DNA of 63,422 bases, filler included, from Globobulimina sp. (lineage: Eukaryota), in NCBI GenBank assembly GCA_003354225.1. It is 21 parts of 21 records of this genome, joined end to end, with 100 filler letters (N's around TTAATTAATTAA, not from the genome) between each part and the next. Parts side by side here need not be neighbours in the genome. Positions count along the whole stretch, not along the records: positions 9,082 to 12,007 come from PIVH01004336.1; positions 12,108 to 15,033 come from PIVH01004337.1; positions 15,134 to 18,058 come from PIVH01004338.1; positions 18,159 to 21,083 come from PIVH01004339.1; positions 21,184 to 24,108 come from PIVH01004340.1; 16 more parts are not named here. One strand, given 5' to 3'. Made by a program: the position numbers and the translations under genes. Shown in pieces: positions 9,759 through 22,495 of the stretch; the stretch's first letter is position 1, and each line of letters starts with the position of its first letter. The notes under the pieces are model-generated. The model had not been told where the DNA came from, did not search any database, and saw nothing but the letters and a program-made list of their open reading frames with translations.

Positions 9759-11828
9759 ATGATTACAAATCAAGTTCATCAACTGTTATTGTTGATTTTT
9801 TTAGCAGTATTGTATGGTGCAATTGCAAGTGGCACGAATGTGTATGTTTCAACCGAAACTGGTTCAGATGATAATGACGGCAGTGAGACGAAACCATTCA
9901 AAACATTGAGAACAACAGTATCACACATTTGGACTTTAAGAAATAAACAATCTGTTCAAGATACAATCAATGTATTTGTTGGTAGTGGAACATATGATAT
10001 TTATAATGAAGCCACAAATGATAAAGCCATAAATGATATCTATAAATACAAATCATTATTAGATCTTTGCGGCTCAGCCAACGATAAAACAAACTGGATT
10101 GGATTGGGTGATCAAGTCATTTTCAATGGTGCTGTAAGAATCAACCTAAAGGATCTAATACAACACAAAAAACGCACAAATCAATATTATTATTATTTAA
10201 ACGGTGCCATTTTCGATGAATTAGGTTTAGGTGAAATACAAACTCAAGGTTTAGGTGAATGCAACAACGTTAAATCAGAAATTGCTGTAAATGGAGTTCG
10301 TTTGGAATTAGCCAGATATCCAAACCTTGCAAATACTGCAGACCCAGTATACAAATGGTTGCATATCGATGAAGTAATTGGTACATCCAATAACATGTTT
10401 ACATTCCACAGCGCAGACGGGGCAGAATATTCAAACATTGTAGAAGGCGGCATTGGTGATCTGTGGTTACATGGCTATTTCCATGGTCCTGAAAACGAGT
10501 GGGCTGATAATTTTGTCAAAGTAGAATGGATAAATATGCAGAATCGTACAGTAAAAATTGATGATACCACACCTCCTCTGTATGGATTAAGTTCAAATGC
10601 CAGGTATTATTTGCTAAATACTTTCAAAATGTTGGATCACAAAAATGAATATTTCATTAATAGAAATGATAAAATATTGTATTTATATTTTGACGAAGAT
10701 GATTATAATACTGCAGCAAACAACAATTACGCGATTGAACTAAGCATCATTGATTATGGAATCCGCGTATGTTCACGGAACAATATCAAATTTGAAAATA
10801 TAAAACTAATAAACTTTCGCGAGTCTGCCATAGTAATGAATAAGGCAAATCATATAACAATGGATAACATCAATGTACAAAATATCGCACAACACGGCTT
10901 AATATTGCAAGGTGACAATATCATATTGAATAACAGCAAAATACATAATATCGGTTGCATTGGGATGTTTGAGAAAGGTGGGGATTTTTCCACTTTAGCA
11001 GAAAGCAATAATATTATTGAAAATAATGAAATTACACATTGTGGCAAATGGCAAAGAACCTATACCGGCGGCATTAAATTCCAGAGTGTTGGCAGTATTT
11101 ATCGCAGCAATTTTGTCGCATATGGCCCGCATTCAGGCATACATGGTGCTGGAAATAATAATATATTTGAGCATAATACTCTGGATTCGTTATGTAGAGA
11201 GACTGGTGATTGCGGTGCTTTTTATATTGGTTCAAGTTGGACTTTTAGAGAAAATATATTGCGCTATAATTATTTTACGAATATTAATCGTCGTGATCCA
11301 GCAGCATACAGATACGCAGACAAAAGCAAACTGTGGACAGTTAAAGATGTAATGGCAATATATTTTGATCTCTTTTTATCCGATCAACAAGTTTATGGAA
11401 ATACCTTTGAAGATTGCCAAGTAGGCGTACAGATTAATGGAGGAAATAATGTTAGGATTCATGATAACATATTTATTGGTGGTGAACAGGTTTCGTACAG
11501 AATGTCGCATCTTGGATCTTTTTTTTCTGAGCGGTGTACGTATGGTGGTATTCTGTGGAAGAAATTGGAGAAGTTCAATTACAAAAAAGCCCCATATTCA
11601 ACTGAATATCCAACGTTATTGTCATTAACAAAATTAAATGCATGCAAACCAATGGATAATACAATCAAAGATAATATATGGTGTTGCGATTCCTTACCAT
11701 CAGATGAATGTGTATTGACAACAGATAAATGGGATGCTAATACTCTCAATGAATGGCAAACTGTTAAGAAAAACAATACAGCTTTGTTGGCCACAGATGA
11801 ACGATGTCTGGCTCGCCGCATTCATTAG
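9759..11828 (+). CDS. Secreted right-handed parallel beta-helix protein (pectin-lyase fold; GH141-like with DUF1565-type N-terminus)
   Basis: Signal peptide; VYVSTETGSDDNDGSETKPFKTL, LARYPN, Asn/Gly-rich PbH1-type repeats, DCGAFY, AIYFD; no introns. Confidence 0.8.
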   Translation: MITNQVHQLLLLIFLAVLYGAIASGTNVYVSTETGSDDNDGSETKPFKTLRTTVSHIWTLRNKQSVQDTINVFVGSGTYDIYNEATNDKAINDIYKYKSLLDLCGSANDKTNWIGLGDQVIFNGAVRINLKDLIQHKKRTNQYYYYLNGAIFDELGLGEIQTQGLGECNNVKSEIAVNGVRLELARYPNLANTADPVYKWLHIDEVIGTSNNMFTFHSADGAEYSNIVEGGIGDLWLHGYFHGPENEWADNFVKVEWINMQNRTVKIDDTTPPLYGLSSNARYYLLNTFKMLDHKNEYFINRNDKILYLYFDEDDYNTAANNNYAIELSIIDYGIRVCSRNNIKFENIKLINFRESAIVMNKANHITMDNINVQNIAQHGLILQGDNIILNNSKIHNIGCIGMFEKGGDFSTLAESNNIIENNEITHCGKWQRTYTGGIKFQSVGSIYRSNFVAYGPHSGIHGAGNNNIFEHNTLDSLCRETGDCGAFYIGSSWTFRENILRYNYFTNINRRDPAAYRYADKSKLWTVKDVMAIYFDLFLSDQQVYGNTFEDCQVGVQINGGNNVRIHDNIFIGGEQVSYRMSHLGSFFSERCTYGGILWKKLEKFNYKKAPYSTEYPTLLSLTKLNACKPMDNTIKDNIWCCDSLPSDECVLTTDKWDANTLNEWQTVKKNNTALLATDERCLARRIH

Positions 11829-12339
11829 GTGGCAAAAGATGAAAGCACTGATTTTTTTTGTTTGTGTTTCTGTTGTATATAAAAAAACACATATTATATT
11901 ATATTATATTATTTTACTTACAAACATCCATAAAAAGCATTATAAATGCATGCTATAATATTTTACTCACAGCATAATATATATCCTTGCAATCTATAAT
12001 TGTTTGTNNNNNNNNNNNNNNNNNNNNNNNNNNNNNNNNNNNNNNNNNNNNTTAATTAATTAANNNNNNNNNNNNNNNNNNNNNNNNNNNNNNNNNNNNN
12101 NNNNNNNTAATGATACAATAACATATTCGACTGGCAATGGGGATAAATTTAGAAAAAATTTAAACTATATAACGAAAGTTATAATGTAATGTAACTTTAA
12201 CACCTTTGTATTTTAGTATGTCTGTGTTAGGGTTGACATATATTCTATATTCTATATGTTAGTATGTTAATATTTTAGTATTTTTAGTATTTTACTGTGT
12301 CATTGTTATATTTATAAAGCTTAAATGAATAATTTTAAA

Positions 12340-13697
12340 TTATGATACAACGAGCAATTGGCTGAAACTGCCAATAGTTATTCCAGTTATGAGTGAAAAT
12401 GATAACAACGCAGCGCCGGTTTGTTGTTGCTTTGGATTCAATCGCTTTGGTAAGTTTATAAAACACAAACATCGGAAATAACCATCAGACATTGATAGCA
12501 ATGAAAGTATTAAATATAAGAGCACATCATTAGAAATCCATGATTTCCATAAACAAAAAATAAATGGATACAGACCAATCCGTAAAATACATAATTTCCA
12601 CAAATGATTATATGAATAAAATGGTAAACATTTGCTAATAAATTCCCTTCCAATAAAATCACCGAACACAAATACAAATGTTAAAATTATTGGCATCCAA
12701 ACATGTTCATTTACATTTTCATTATTTTTACTGTTAATATGTACCAACATTGATGGCCACATGAAAAATGTAATAAATGTGACAAAAAACAATGCAATGC
12801 ACAACTTATACATTTTATTAAATACATTGAATATATACTTATGATTTAATGATATTGTTTGTTTGTTATAATAATATGGTTTCAAATAACGTTCTACAAA
12901 TTTATTTTTATATTTTATCATAAATAAAATGAGAATAATACACAACAAATTAACCACACAACCACTCCCAAAATATATTATAGATTTGTGTTGATAATAT
13001 ACCATTTTATCATGTTTATATTGGTGATTATGATGATTTATAGGTTCATTCTCTTTGAATATTGCTCTTATGCCGCATATAATAACTCCACCAATTGCTT
13101 GACCTTAAAATCATTACAGTTTCAGAAATAAATTTTGTACTTGAAATCTGAGAAAAAAGTGCGGTTGTTTGCTGTTTCTGAATTTCTAAAACTGTAAATG
13201 CGATCACCTGAAACAGCAATGCGAATATAAGGTTTAGGCAAAAAATTTAAAAAACCAAATATTGAAACAGTAATAATCGAACCGGAGATTCCATTCAATC
13301 CATATAATATTAGTATAAATTGCACGGATAAATCAACATTTTGTTTAAATATTGCATTCATACAAATTGGTAATAATATCAATGTAATTAATGATATAAT
13401 ACAGCCAAATATAATACGACCAAAAAATGATGTATGATTAGAATATCTGATGATAAATAACAATGCAAATAAATCACTTCCACTGTAGATTAACGAAACA
13501 TATAACATAAAATAATTTGAATAATACGTTGGATATATCATTTTGAAATATAATCCAGAGCCACTGATTAAATGTTTACTAAATAAAGATGTTATCCCTA
13601 ACAACAATGACACAACAAACACTTTATTGTATTCATCCTCCGCTGGTTCTTTACTGTTTAACGGTGCTGATTGCACATTACCGCGTTCTATAGACAT
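12340..13697 (-). CDS. Equilibrative nucleoside transporter (SLC29 family), intron 13104-13207
   Basis: About 11 TM segments; splicing restores SGQAIGG; motifs TFFMWP, FVFGDFIGR, SDGY and GITIGS. Confidence 0.85.
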
Positions 13698-13843
13698 GAT
13701 CGCATTTCTTGACTAAGTCTTAATAAAAGTTAAAAACAGGAACAGAGAGTTCCACTAATAATATAAATATAGCACCAAAATTATTTGCTATGATACAATC
13801 ATTCTACAAAAAAAAAGAAAGAATCAAGAATCAGTTACAATTG

Positions 13844-15033
13844 TTAAGGACAATCAATTGGCCAATTCGGATATCCCGTACATATTTCCGTTTGTGGACT
13901 ACAATGATTCATAATGCACGTTTCGCAACTTTGCGGATTAAATCCTTTCAAACACTGTTTAACACAGACACCCATCGCACAGTCATTCAACTGCACCCAG
14001 CATAGTGTACAATTGCTACTAAACCCGTAGCGACTTTCAAACGCATTTGTTTGACACTCATCCTTTCCATTACATTGCACCCAAATGGCAGGTGCCTGAG
14101 ACGCAAACCCCTTACAATTCTCACGCAATATTTTGCTATCATAATAATTACCGCATGCCCCAATTTCCGCTGTTTGCGCAAATAAATAGCTCCAATCCGA
14201 CAAACCATATTTATTCCTGCTCCGTATGCGCAAATTATATGGTATACCAGCTAATAAATTAGTAATTTCTACAGATTTCGATAAGCCATCAAATGGCAAA
14301 GAAACATTAAAATATCCGAGATTTTGCCAGAAATCCGTTCGTTGTAACTCGTAGGCAATAATTGGTATGGAATCGGAACATGTTTCATCAAACCACGACA
14401 TGCCAATGGAGTACGGGAATATGTTTAAATTAATTGCACCGTTTGTTAATGGCCGGGGTGGGCCGAGTTGCAAACACATGAAATATTGAGGAGCATCGGA
14501 CGGAATTATACATGGTGTTATGTGCGAATATAACGAGGAACCTACAGGATTTGTGCAGTTTACTTTGAAATTAAATAATAGCGACAAGTCGTTTGCGGTT
14601 AGAATACCAGTACAATTTGGATGTTCCCATTCATGTAACGACGCGGTTACGGATGCATTTACACTGCAAAATAGTGCATATTGCGTATCGTTGCTATAAA
14701 TACCGTAATAAACAGAGTATTGGGAGATTGGTGCACCGCCGTTTGAGTTTGGTGAAAATGCAATGGTGAATTCATAGTTGTTATCTTATCAATAATTATT
14801 GAAACGACATGCTTTTGTAAGTTCATTTTGAATGTACTCAAATTAATATACAATATTAGCGTTGTTGCTGCTGTATATTTATTTGAATACATTCAAAATG
14901 CAACATCGTTTTTATCCAATTTTAAGGCAGATTTTGTTAACTTACTTACCTGTGTTTTTGTGTACGTTTATTGCAAATGGATCGGATGGCGGCTGTGGTA
15001 TCGTTGGTGGATTGGTAGTGTGTGCAATGCTGC
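13844..15033 (-). CDS. Fibronectin type III repeat protein with Cys-rich C-terminus (5'-partial; intron about 14785-14949)
   Basis: FN3 motifs NGGAPISQYSV and LLAGIPYNLRIRSRNKYGLSDWS; GTAAGT donor at 14949. Confidence 0.75.
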
Positions 15034-15399
15034 NNNNNNNNNNNNNNNNNNNNNNNNNNNNNNNNNNNNNNNNNNNNTTAATTAATTAANNNNNNNNNNN
15101 NNNNNNNNNNNNNNNNNNNNNNNNNNNNNNNNNCAAAAATTGAAAGAATAGAAATTATGGAATTATATATGCATCAATCAACAGAACAAAGACAAAAAAA
15201 AACAGAAAGAAGACAGAAAAACAGGCGAAAAAAAAAATGATACAAATGATCGATAGAAATCATAGTAAAAACAGCAAAAAATATAGATACAAAAAGTAGG
15301 CAGAGTGTTTTCTAAGTTATTAATTTATTTACTAAAACTAAAAAAACAAACAGATAAAATATGATGCAAACATACTCGATAAAGTAATGTAAATAATAC

Positions 15400-16648
15400 T
15401 TAATTATTTAACCATTTACATTTCTTAATTTCTTCAATGTTTATGCGTTTATCTTCATTTTGAAAGAACTCATCAAATAAATCCATCAAATCCGCATTTA
15501 CATAGTTTTGCCGATTCATTTTCTGTAATAATATTAATAAATTACCATCCATAATATAATTGAAACAGTCATCATTTTTACTGGCCTCAATCCACGGAGC
15601 ACTGCCAATGATTAACATAAATAAAACAACGCCTAACGAAAATATATCATTTTTTCGGGCATCAAATGCTTTGCTTTCAGATACACATTCAGGTGATTTA
15701 TATGCTCTCTTTCCTGTGTCATTTACATCAAAATCAAAACATAGACAAACAAATATGAATAAAAAAAGCAGTCAGATTCGGAGATAGGAATAGTTGTTGT
15801 TTATGTTGTGCAGTGCAGTCAGATGGTGTGCAACCAGTCATATGTTGCCTTTTTCTGACACATTATAAAAAACCACGTATACGTACAGTATATATATAGT
15901 ACTTAACCACAAAATTTATTAGTCGTAAAAGCTGAGTCTTTAAAATATTCCGCAAGGCCAAAGTCGCACAGCTTGCATTCAATATTATTTGTATCGCATA
16001 TTTTTAATTTTCCATTCTCGTCATATTGGATATCGATTTTATTAATTAAGAAATTTTCCAAACTGATGTCAAAATGGGAAACGTTTTTAGAATGAATGTA
16101 TTCAACACATTCAAGCATTTGTTTAAATATAATTTTCACCATTTTATGCCAATCGGATATCGAAATTAATCCTAATTCAATGTATTGGTGAAGAGTTTGC
16201 GTAAATTTAAACAACGAGGAACAGCCATCTTCCATCACTAAATAATATGTATTTTGACTTTCGAAATGATTTAAATATTTAGTTAAAGAATTGGGAGACA
16301 ATGGGTCATTGGTTAGGTATTTTAAAATTATTGCTTCGGTTTGAATATTTTCATAGATGTTATACGTCTTATCGTTGAATATTCCCATTGCTAAATTATG
16401 TAAAACTTTATTCGATGTTTTGATGACTACGCTCGAATCAGTAAAAGGTACTAACGATCTCCATATATTACCTGTACACATTATTCGATCGGTGATATAT
16501 ATTTGCATTACACGCAAAATCAAATCAAACTGCATAGGCAGGCCATACCTTGCATTGATTGAGCGATTTGAATTGAACGAGTATATCCTGCATCATTTAA
16601 GGAAGATTTGATTTCATTTGCGTTTAAAAGGGGCATGTTGGTTGGCAT
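15400..16648 (-). CDS. Ser/Thr protein kinase (CAMK-like, HFD catalytic loop); introns 16472-16548 and 15714-15907
   Basis: VVIK, YLVMEDG, SHFDISLENFL, LCDFGLAE, spliced FCGKRAYKSPE; both GT-AG introns keep frame. Confidence 0.9.
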
Positions 16649-16805
16649 GGTGTTAAAAACAGAAATTGTTGATTTTAAAGAAAATAGTAAATGTCAGAAA
16701 GTTACAGTACGTCTGTACGTGGCTGCTATAAAAATAAACATTTAAATAAGATGGCAACTTGTTGGTACAATATTATGTAAACAATTTGCAAGCAATCAAC
16801 CATTC

Positions 16806-18058
16806 TCATTCATTTGTTTGCAAACTTCTGTTTACATCCTCTTCCAACACAAAATATGATGGATTTTTTGTAGGACTCACAATTTCCGGTTGTTCAAATG
16901 TTTTCAAATTTTGTTCAATCTTTAACGCATACTTTAATTGACAAAAATCATGCAATCTCTCGCATAATTTATAATATACAAATTTACCAAATTTAAAACT
17001 CATATAAATCACCATACAATTCGTTATAACATCCAATGGATACAACCCTGCAATCACGATATACATTGAATAATGTACAAACACATTTTCATTTTCATTC
17101 AAGTCATATAAATATTGAATTAAACCAATCACAAAAAATGATAAAAATCCCAGTTGTGAGGTAATCATTGTTATTATATTTAAAATTGTATACCGTGTCA
17201 TTGCATCCATTATTGTCATATCGCCCGTGTCCAAATTATTGGACCGCAGTGACACTTCTTTTTTGTATATATTATTACCACTCTTTCCGTTTTCGTTTTT
17301 GTTTTCATCGTTTGATTTCACAGTAAAACTTGTTTTTGTTTCTGAATATTCCAATATCGTCGATGCTGAATAGCTAAACCCTGAAAACCCAGCAACAGCG
17401 TTCTTGCCATAATAGGCATTATTTGAAGCATATTCTTTTAATGCCAGACCCGACGGTGACATCGGAGTCAATGAACGCGATAACTTCCACCCAAAACCTG
17501 TTCCACTGCCATTGTCAGTGATCGATGAAACTGTGGAAAGTGTTCTCAGTGCTTTTTGTTTATCAATGCTTTTCCATATTATTGTTCTTCGACGATTAGT
17601 AATTAACAAAAACAATTTCTTAAGAAATAAGTACAACATTACAGTGTAGCTTGTGATATCACAGAAAACAAACAACGCAAAAACAATGATAAATTGTGGT
17701 TTGTATATAATGACATTTTCATCTGATTTTAAAATATATCTCTGAAGTAACAGCACATTCCACCAAATCACGCATAGAAAGAATATTATTAATAACATTG
17801 TTATGGATTGCATTATTTTGGTAGGGACAGCTTGTGCGCTGTCACAAAAGGTAAAGTATAATCGGGATAGAAAAGTAATGTAAATGAATAATTTGGCACA
17901 TAATATAGATGTGGCCAATGCTGAGGATATTAATGTTAATTGTAAATTATTCAGCTTTGTGTTGATGTTTGGTGATAAATGCCATGCAAATATAAGATAG
18001 AAAATACAACTTAATAAATAAAATGCTGATTATAAAATCGGTGGTATTTTGTACCATT
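16806..18058 (-). CDS. Divergent 7TM GPCR-like protein (5'-partial)
   Basis: Several hydrophobic helices, long Ser-rich third loop, C-terminal LDVITNCMVIYMSF followed by a Cys-containing helix. Confidence 0.65.
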
Positions 18059-18191
18059 NNNNNNNNNNNNNNNNNNNNNNNNNNNNNNNNNNNNNNNNNN
18101 NNTTAATTAATTAANNNNNNNNNNNNNNNNNNNNNNNNNNNNNNNNNNNNNNNNNNNNAAAAAAAGACATTATAAGTTGCATGCAATGAAT

Positions 18192-18488
18192 TTACAGAGA
18201 GGGTGATTTGAGATTATGTGCGCGGACAAATAATAAAAAACCAACAAATAGGGAATTAACTTTTGTTTTTGTTTCATAGAGGATAATCCCACCAATAATG
18301 ACATAAATACCAAATAAAAGCAAATGGATTGTTGACACAATGGTAGGTCTCGTGCAGATTGAAACGACCCATAAAAACACAAATGCTACATTCAAACATG
18401 AATGGATGTCAATAATAGTTCTTCCCCCGATCTTTTCTTCTTTATTTTTTTCTTTTGTTGATCCGTAGTATGGTTGCGATGCATTCAT
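18192..18488 (-). CDS. Small membrane protein, first exon (probably truncated by contig end)
   Basis: ATG-initiated ORF with 2-3 hydrophobic segments, divergent from the kinesin gene. Confidence 0.45.
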   Translation of the reverse strand: MNASQPYYGSTKEKNKEEKIGGRTIIDIHSCLNVAFVFLWVVSICTRPTIVSTIHLLLFGIYVIIGGIILYETKTKVNSLFVGFLLFVRAHNLKSPSL

Positions 18489-18638
18489 GCTTGCGACGGT
18501 GACAAGTGGCTTTTTCTTTTGAACAGACAGCTTGAGTCAATGTATTTCATTAATGTGAACAAACTATGGGAGCCATCTCTTGCTGCAAAAAGTTTTTCAA
18601 AGTAACTAAATAAACGTTAAGTCACTCACAGACACACA

Positions 18639-20249
18639 ATGCCAAAAGAGAACGTTCGTGTGATCATTCGATTTCGACCTAAAAATAAACGTGAAAAAAA
18701 AGAGGAAAGAGAACAAAAGGTAAAAGATAAACCAATAATATTTCAAAATAATGAAGAACAAAGAATAGCAGCAATAGAAATATGTGGCACAAAATCCAGA
18801 AATCATGCAAACACTTTTACATTTGATCATATATTGAATTCAAAAGACTCTCAAGCAAATACATTTTATCATGTTGCAGAATCTGTTTGTGATGATGTAT
18901 TGGATGGGTATAATGGATGTATATTTGCGTACGTTATATGCATAAAACCTATACAATATAAAATAATAAATATAACATACACTATACAGATATGGACAGA
19001 CGGGTTCTGGTAAAACATATACGGTATATAATAGCAGATATATTAAAATTTAAATAACACACATAATTATATACAGATGTTTGGTCCAGAAGATGATCAT
19101 TCCCATCCCCAGAAAATGGGCATTATTCCTCGATCCATCTCCTACATTTTCAGTGAACTTGAGGAAGATCCGGCTATTACGGAAGCGCGCATTAAAGTGA
19201 GTTTTGTTGAAATATACAAAGAAAAATTGCGCGATTTAGTTAATCCCAGCTCTAAAAAAGCATTATCAATCCGTTTGCAACCAAGTGGTGAGACCAGGAT
19301 AGCGAATGTAACAGAAACGCATGTATGGACCTTATTGGATGTATTACAGTTAATTGAAGTGGCAAATTCGTATAGAACCAAAGCAGAAACATCAATGAAC
19401 CATTCCTCGTCCCGCAGCCATATGTTAATGACATTGACTGTGGCGTTACGAATGGATGATGGCTCCATATCTGTTGGCAAACTAAATTTTTGTGATTTAG
19501 CTGGAAGTGAGAAAGTCCGTAAAACCAATGCAACGGGAAACAGGTTGAAAGAAGCCCAAAAAATAAATTTATCATTGACTATATTAGGACAAGTTATATC
19601 CGCTCTCGCTCAAAATAAAGCACATATTCCCTTCAGAGACAGCAAACTCACGCATGTCTTGAAGGATTCATTGGGCGGCAATTGTAAGACGACATTGATT
19701 GTGAATTGCACCAAATCTATGTTCAATCGGGATGAGACTATAAATGCATTGCGCTTTGGTTCCCGATGTAAATTAATTACAAATAATGTGAAGGTGAATA
19801 GAATCTATTCCAATGCAGAGTTAATGGGAATGATTACCAAATTACGCCGGCAAAATACACAATTAACGGATATGTTGAAAAATAAGGGCTACGCAGAGGA
19901 TATTTTAACTTCGCCCAAAACGAATTTGTTATTTAGCAAAAAAAAGGGTGGCAAAAAACAATCAAATTATGATAAATATAATACGCAGGAAAGTGCTAAA
20001 TTAAAGCAAGAAATTAAACAACTTAACGCTCAGATCAATAAATTAGATGATAAGAATCATTATTTGCAAGTGCAGAATCATAAATTGCAGGAGAAGATGC
20101 ATAATGTAAATGATACGTTGCAAAATAAAGATAAAGTATATACACTGTTGAATTCCAGACTCACTGGCTATCAATCACGAGCACAACAAATGAATAAAGA
20201 TATTGCCTTTCTCGAAAATGAAACTCTAGAGTTACGTTATATATTTTAA
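18639..20249 (+). CDS. Kinesin motor protein (kinesin-1-like); introns 18929-18989 and 19024-19076
   Basis: NVRVIIRFRP, FTFDHI, spliced IFAYGQTGSGKTYTMFG, NHSSSRSH, DLAGSEK, HIPFRDSKLT; short coiled-coil tail. Confidence 0.96.
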
Positions 20250-20275
20250 ATAGAAGTTTGAGCCTTGTCACGCAC

Positions 20276-21083
20276 TCAAACTACACAATTGTTAAACAAT
20301 TTGCCACTTTCCACATAACCGAGTCTACCTAAAGTTTGTCCAAATTGTTGAATTTGTTTCTTATCATCGTCACTCATCGTATTTATTCCACGTTTTATGG
20401 CCTCTTTCATGATTTGTATGGCTTTCTTTGGTTCAGCTAATGCTAAATAACAAACAGCAATCATTGTGAAGCTTGAATGATTGTCGTTGTTATTTATTAA
20501 ATTGGATTGTTGAAAACATTCAAGACTTTGTGCATAATTATTTAAATGAAATAGGGATTGACCTGCTTCAGACCAAAATAAATAGGAGTCTGGGTAAAAG
20601 ATAATTGCATCAAAAAATGTTTGTAATGATAGTTTATATTCATTTGTATTTTGATACATTTTGCCTAAATTATATAATGCTAATTTATCGATAATTTGAG
20701 CCACATTCGAGTCTGCTTTTGCTGGTAATAATGACTCTGCAGTTCCTGGCAACAATTGTAAATGTTTGATATATGATTGTTTTGCTTGTTGTTTTTTATC
20801 TGATTCATACTCAATATGTCCTCTAATTGCATATAATTGAGGCAATTCATCATTGATTTGTATTGCTTCGTTTATTGATGCCATGGCTGTTCCATATCGT
20901 TTTGTTTCTAAATCTAACTTTGCATGATTTATATGGAAATTAATATCAATTTGCTCAAACTTTTCAAACATATGCAAAATAGTTGAAATAATTTCTACGC
21001 ATTTTAGTTGGAATAATGCATCAAATTGATGGCGGATCTGATTATTTGATAATTTGATTGCTTTTTTAAAATTTATATTACTT
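20276..21083 (-). CDS. TPR repeat protein (5'-partial)
   Basis: TPR-type helices ALYNLGKMY, FWSEAGQSLF, IAVCYLAL. Confidence 0.8.
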
Positions 21084-21442
21084 NNNNNNNNNNNNNNNNN
21101 NNNNNNNNNNNNNNNNNNNNNNNNNNNTTAATTAATTAANNNNNNNNNNNNNNNNNNNNNNNNNNNNNNNNNNNNNNNNNNNNACATATATAGTAGTCGG
21201 GTTTATTATGTCCGAAAATATCACCTGGAAGTAGTTTCGATAATGTCTTAGTAGGAAGTATGTCCGTACAGCGGAAAAATCAATAATTGGCCGCCTATAC
21301 TTTGTACACTAGGAGCAAAATGGGGCGGAGCCAGCTGCCCTCCTAGGCTCCTAGTGCTCCTAGGAGCCGAAAAATTGAACATCTGCTAGAGCGTCCCTTT
21401 TTGCCTCTCTCATGATTGATGATGACAGGTGGCCATTCTGGG

Positions 21443-21730
21443 TTGGTCGACGATGGTTATCGGAGGGTTCGATCCCGGCTGGAACCACAAATTTTTTATT
21501 TAATTTTTTCTCTTTTATAATTTTACTTTTGGGCATCGGCGAAGGTGGCAGAGGGGTTCGGACCTCACTAGAAGCATTTTTTAAACTCGGTCGGTCGACG
21601 GTGGTCATCGGAGGGTTCGATCCCGGCTGGAGACATTTGTTGTATAATTTTTTCTCTTTTATAATTTTACTTTTGGGCATCGGCGAAGGTGGCAGAGGGG
21701 TTCGGACCTCACTGGAAGCATTTTTGTTTA
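21443..21730 (+). repeat. Tandem ~145-bp duplication of two alternating tRNA-3'-half-like units; a further diverged unit at about 23100-23144
   Basis: Two copies each of tcggagggttcgatcccggctgga and ttttactttttgggcatcggcgaaggtggcagaggggttcggacctcact, each followed by a T-tract. Confidence 0.85.
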
Positions 21731-21949
21731 ATTTAAACAACAAAAGTAACATTTTAATTGAGCACATTTATAAGATTGGAACCAGAATTACATAATAAAA
21801 CATAAACAAAACAATCAGTTATCCAAAATGTTTTCTTCTCCACTCCCTAGCCATTCGTGATCCTTTATTCTTTTGTCGATTTTGGCCCGTTTGGCTGCCA
21901 TTACATAACTTAAATCAATCGTTGACATAATAATTACCTTACATTATAG

Positions 21950-22495
21950 TATAAATTGTTTACCTGTCCAACAGGATCAACAGTTCTGGGAGTTCACTTT
22001 CGTTTAGTCGCTTTTGGACCATTTGGTCAATATTTTGGCCCTTAAATGTAGTGGTATCAATAATTGTTAATTGTAAAAATTGTTTACCTGATCAACAGTA
22101 TCAACAGGAATCGTTGGTTTGGCCAACTTGTATGCAATGGGTCCAACAATTTTGTGCGGTTCACTTTCGTTTGGTCGCTTTTGGTCCGGTTGGTCGATAT
22201 TTTGTGCCTTAAATCAATAGACATCCATAATAATGATAAATTATCGTACTTTACAGTATAAATTGTTTACCTGATCAACAGAATCGACAGGAATCGTTGG
22301 TTTGGCCAACTCGTATGCAATGGGTCCAACAATTTTGTGCGGTTCACATTCGTTTGGTCGCTTTTGGTCCATTTGGTCAATATTTTGGCCCTTAAATGTA
22401 GTGGTATCAATAATTGTAAATTGTAAAAATTGTTTACCTGATCAACAGGATCAACAGGAATCGTTGGTTTGGCTAACTTGTATGCAATGGGTCGA
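21950..22495. repeat. Complex tandem repeat with four copies of aattgtttacctg(a/t)(t/c)caacag and shared internal blocks
   Basis: Core at about 21954, 22078, 22261 and 22428; block tcgcttttgg..catttggtcaatattttggcccttaaatgtagtggtatcaataattgt is repeated. Confidence 0.85.

Noticed and set aside
21360-21795. ORFs 21360-21767 (-) and 21412-21795 (+)
   Set aside because: Translations of the tRNA-like duplication with no protein features
21950-22495. CRISPR-like repeats
   Set aside because: The intervening sequences are themselves repeated and of uneven length; no cas genes; eukaryotic context
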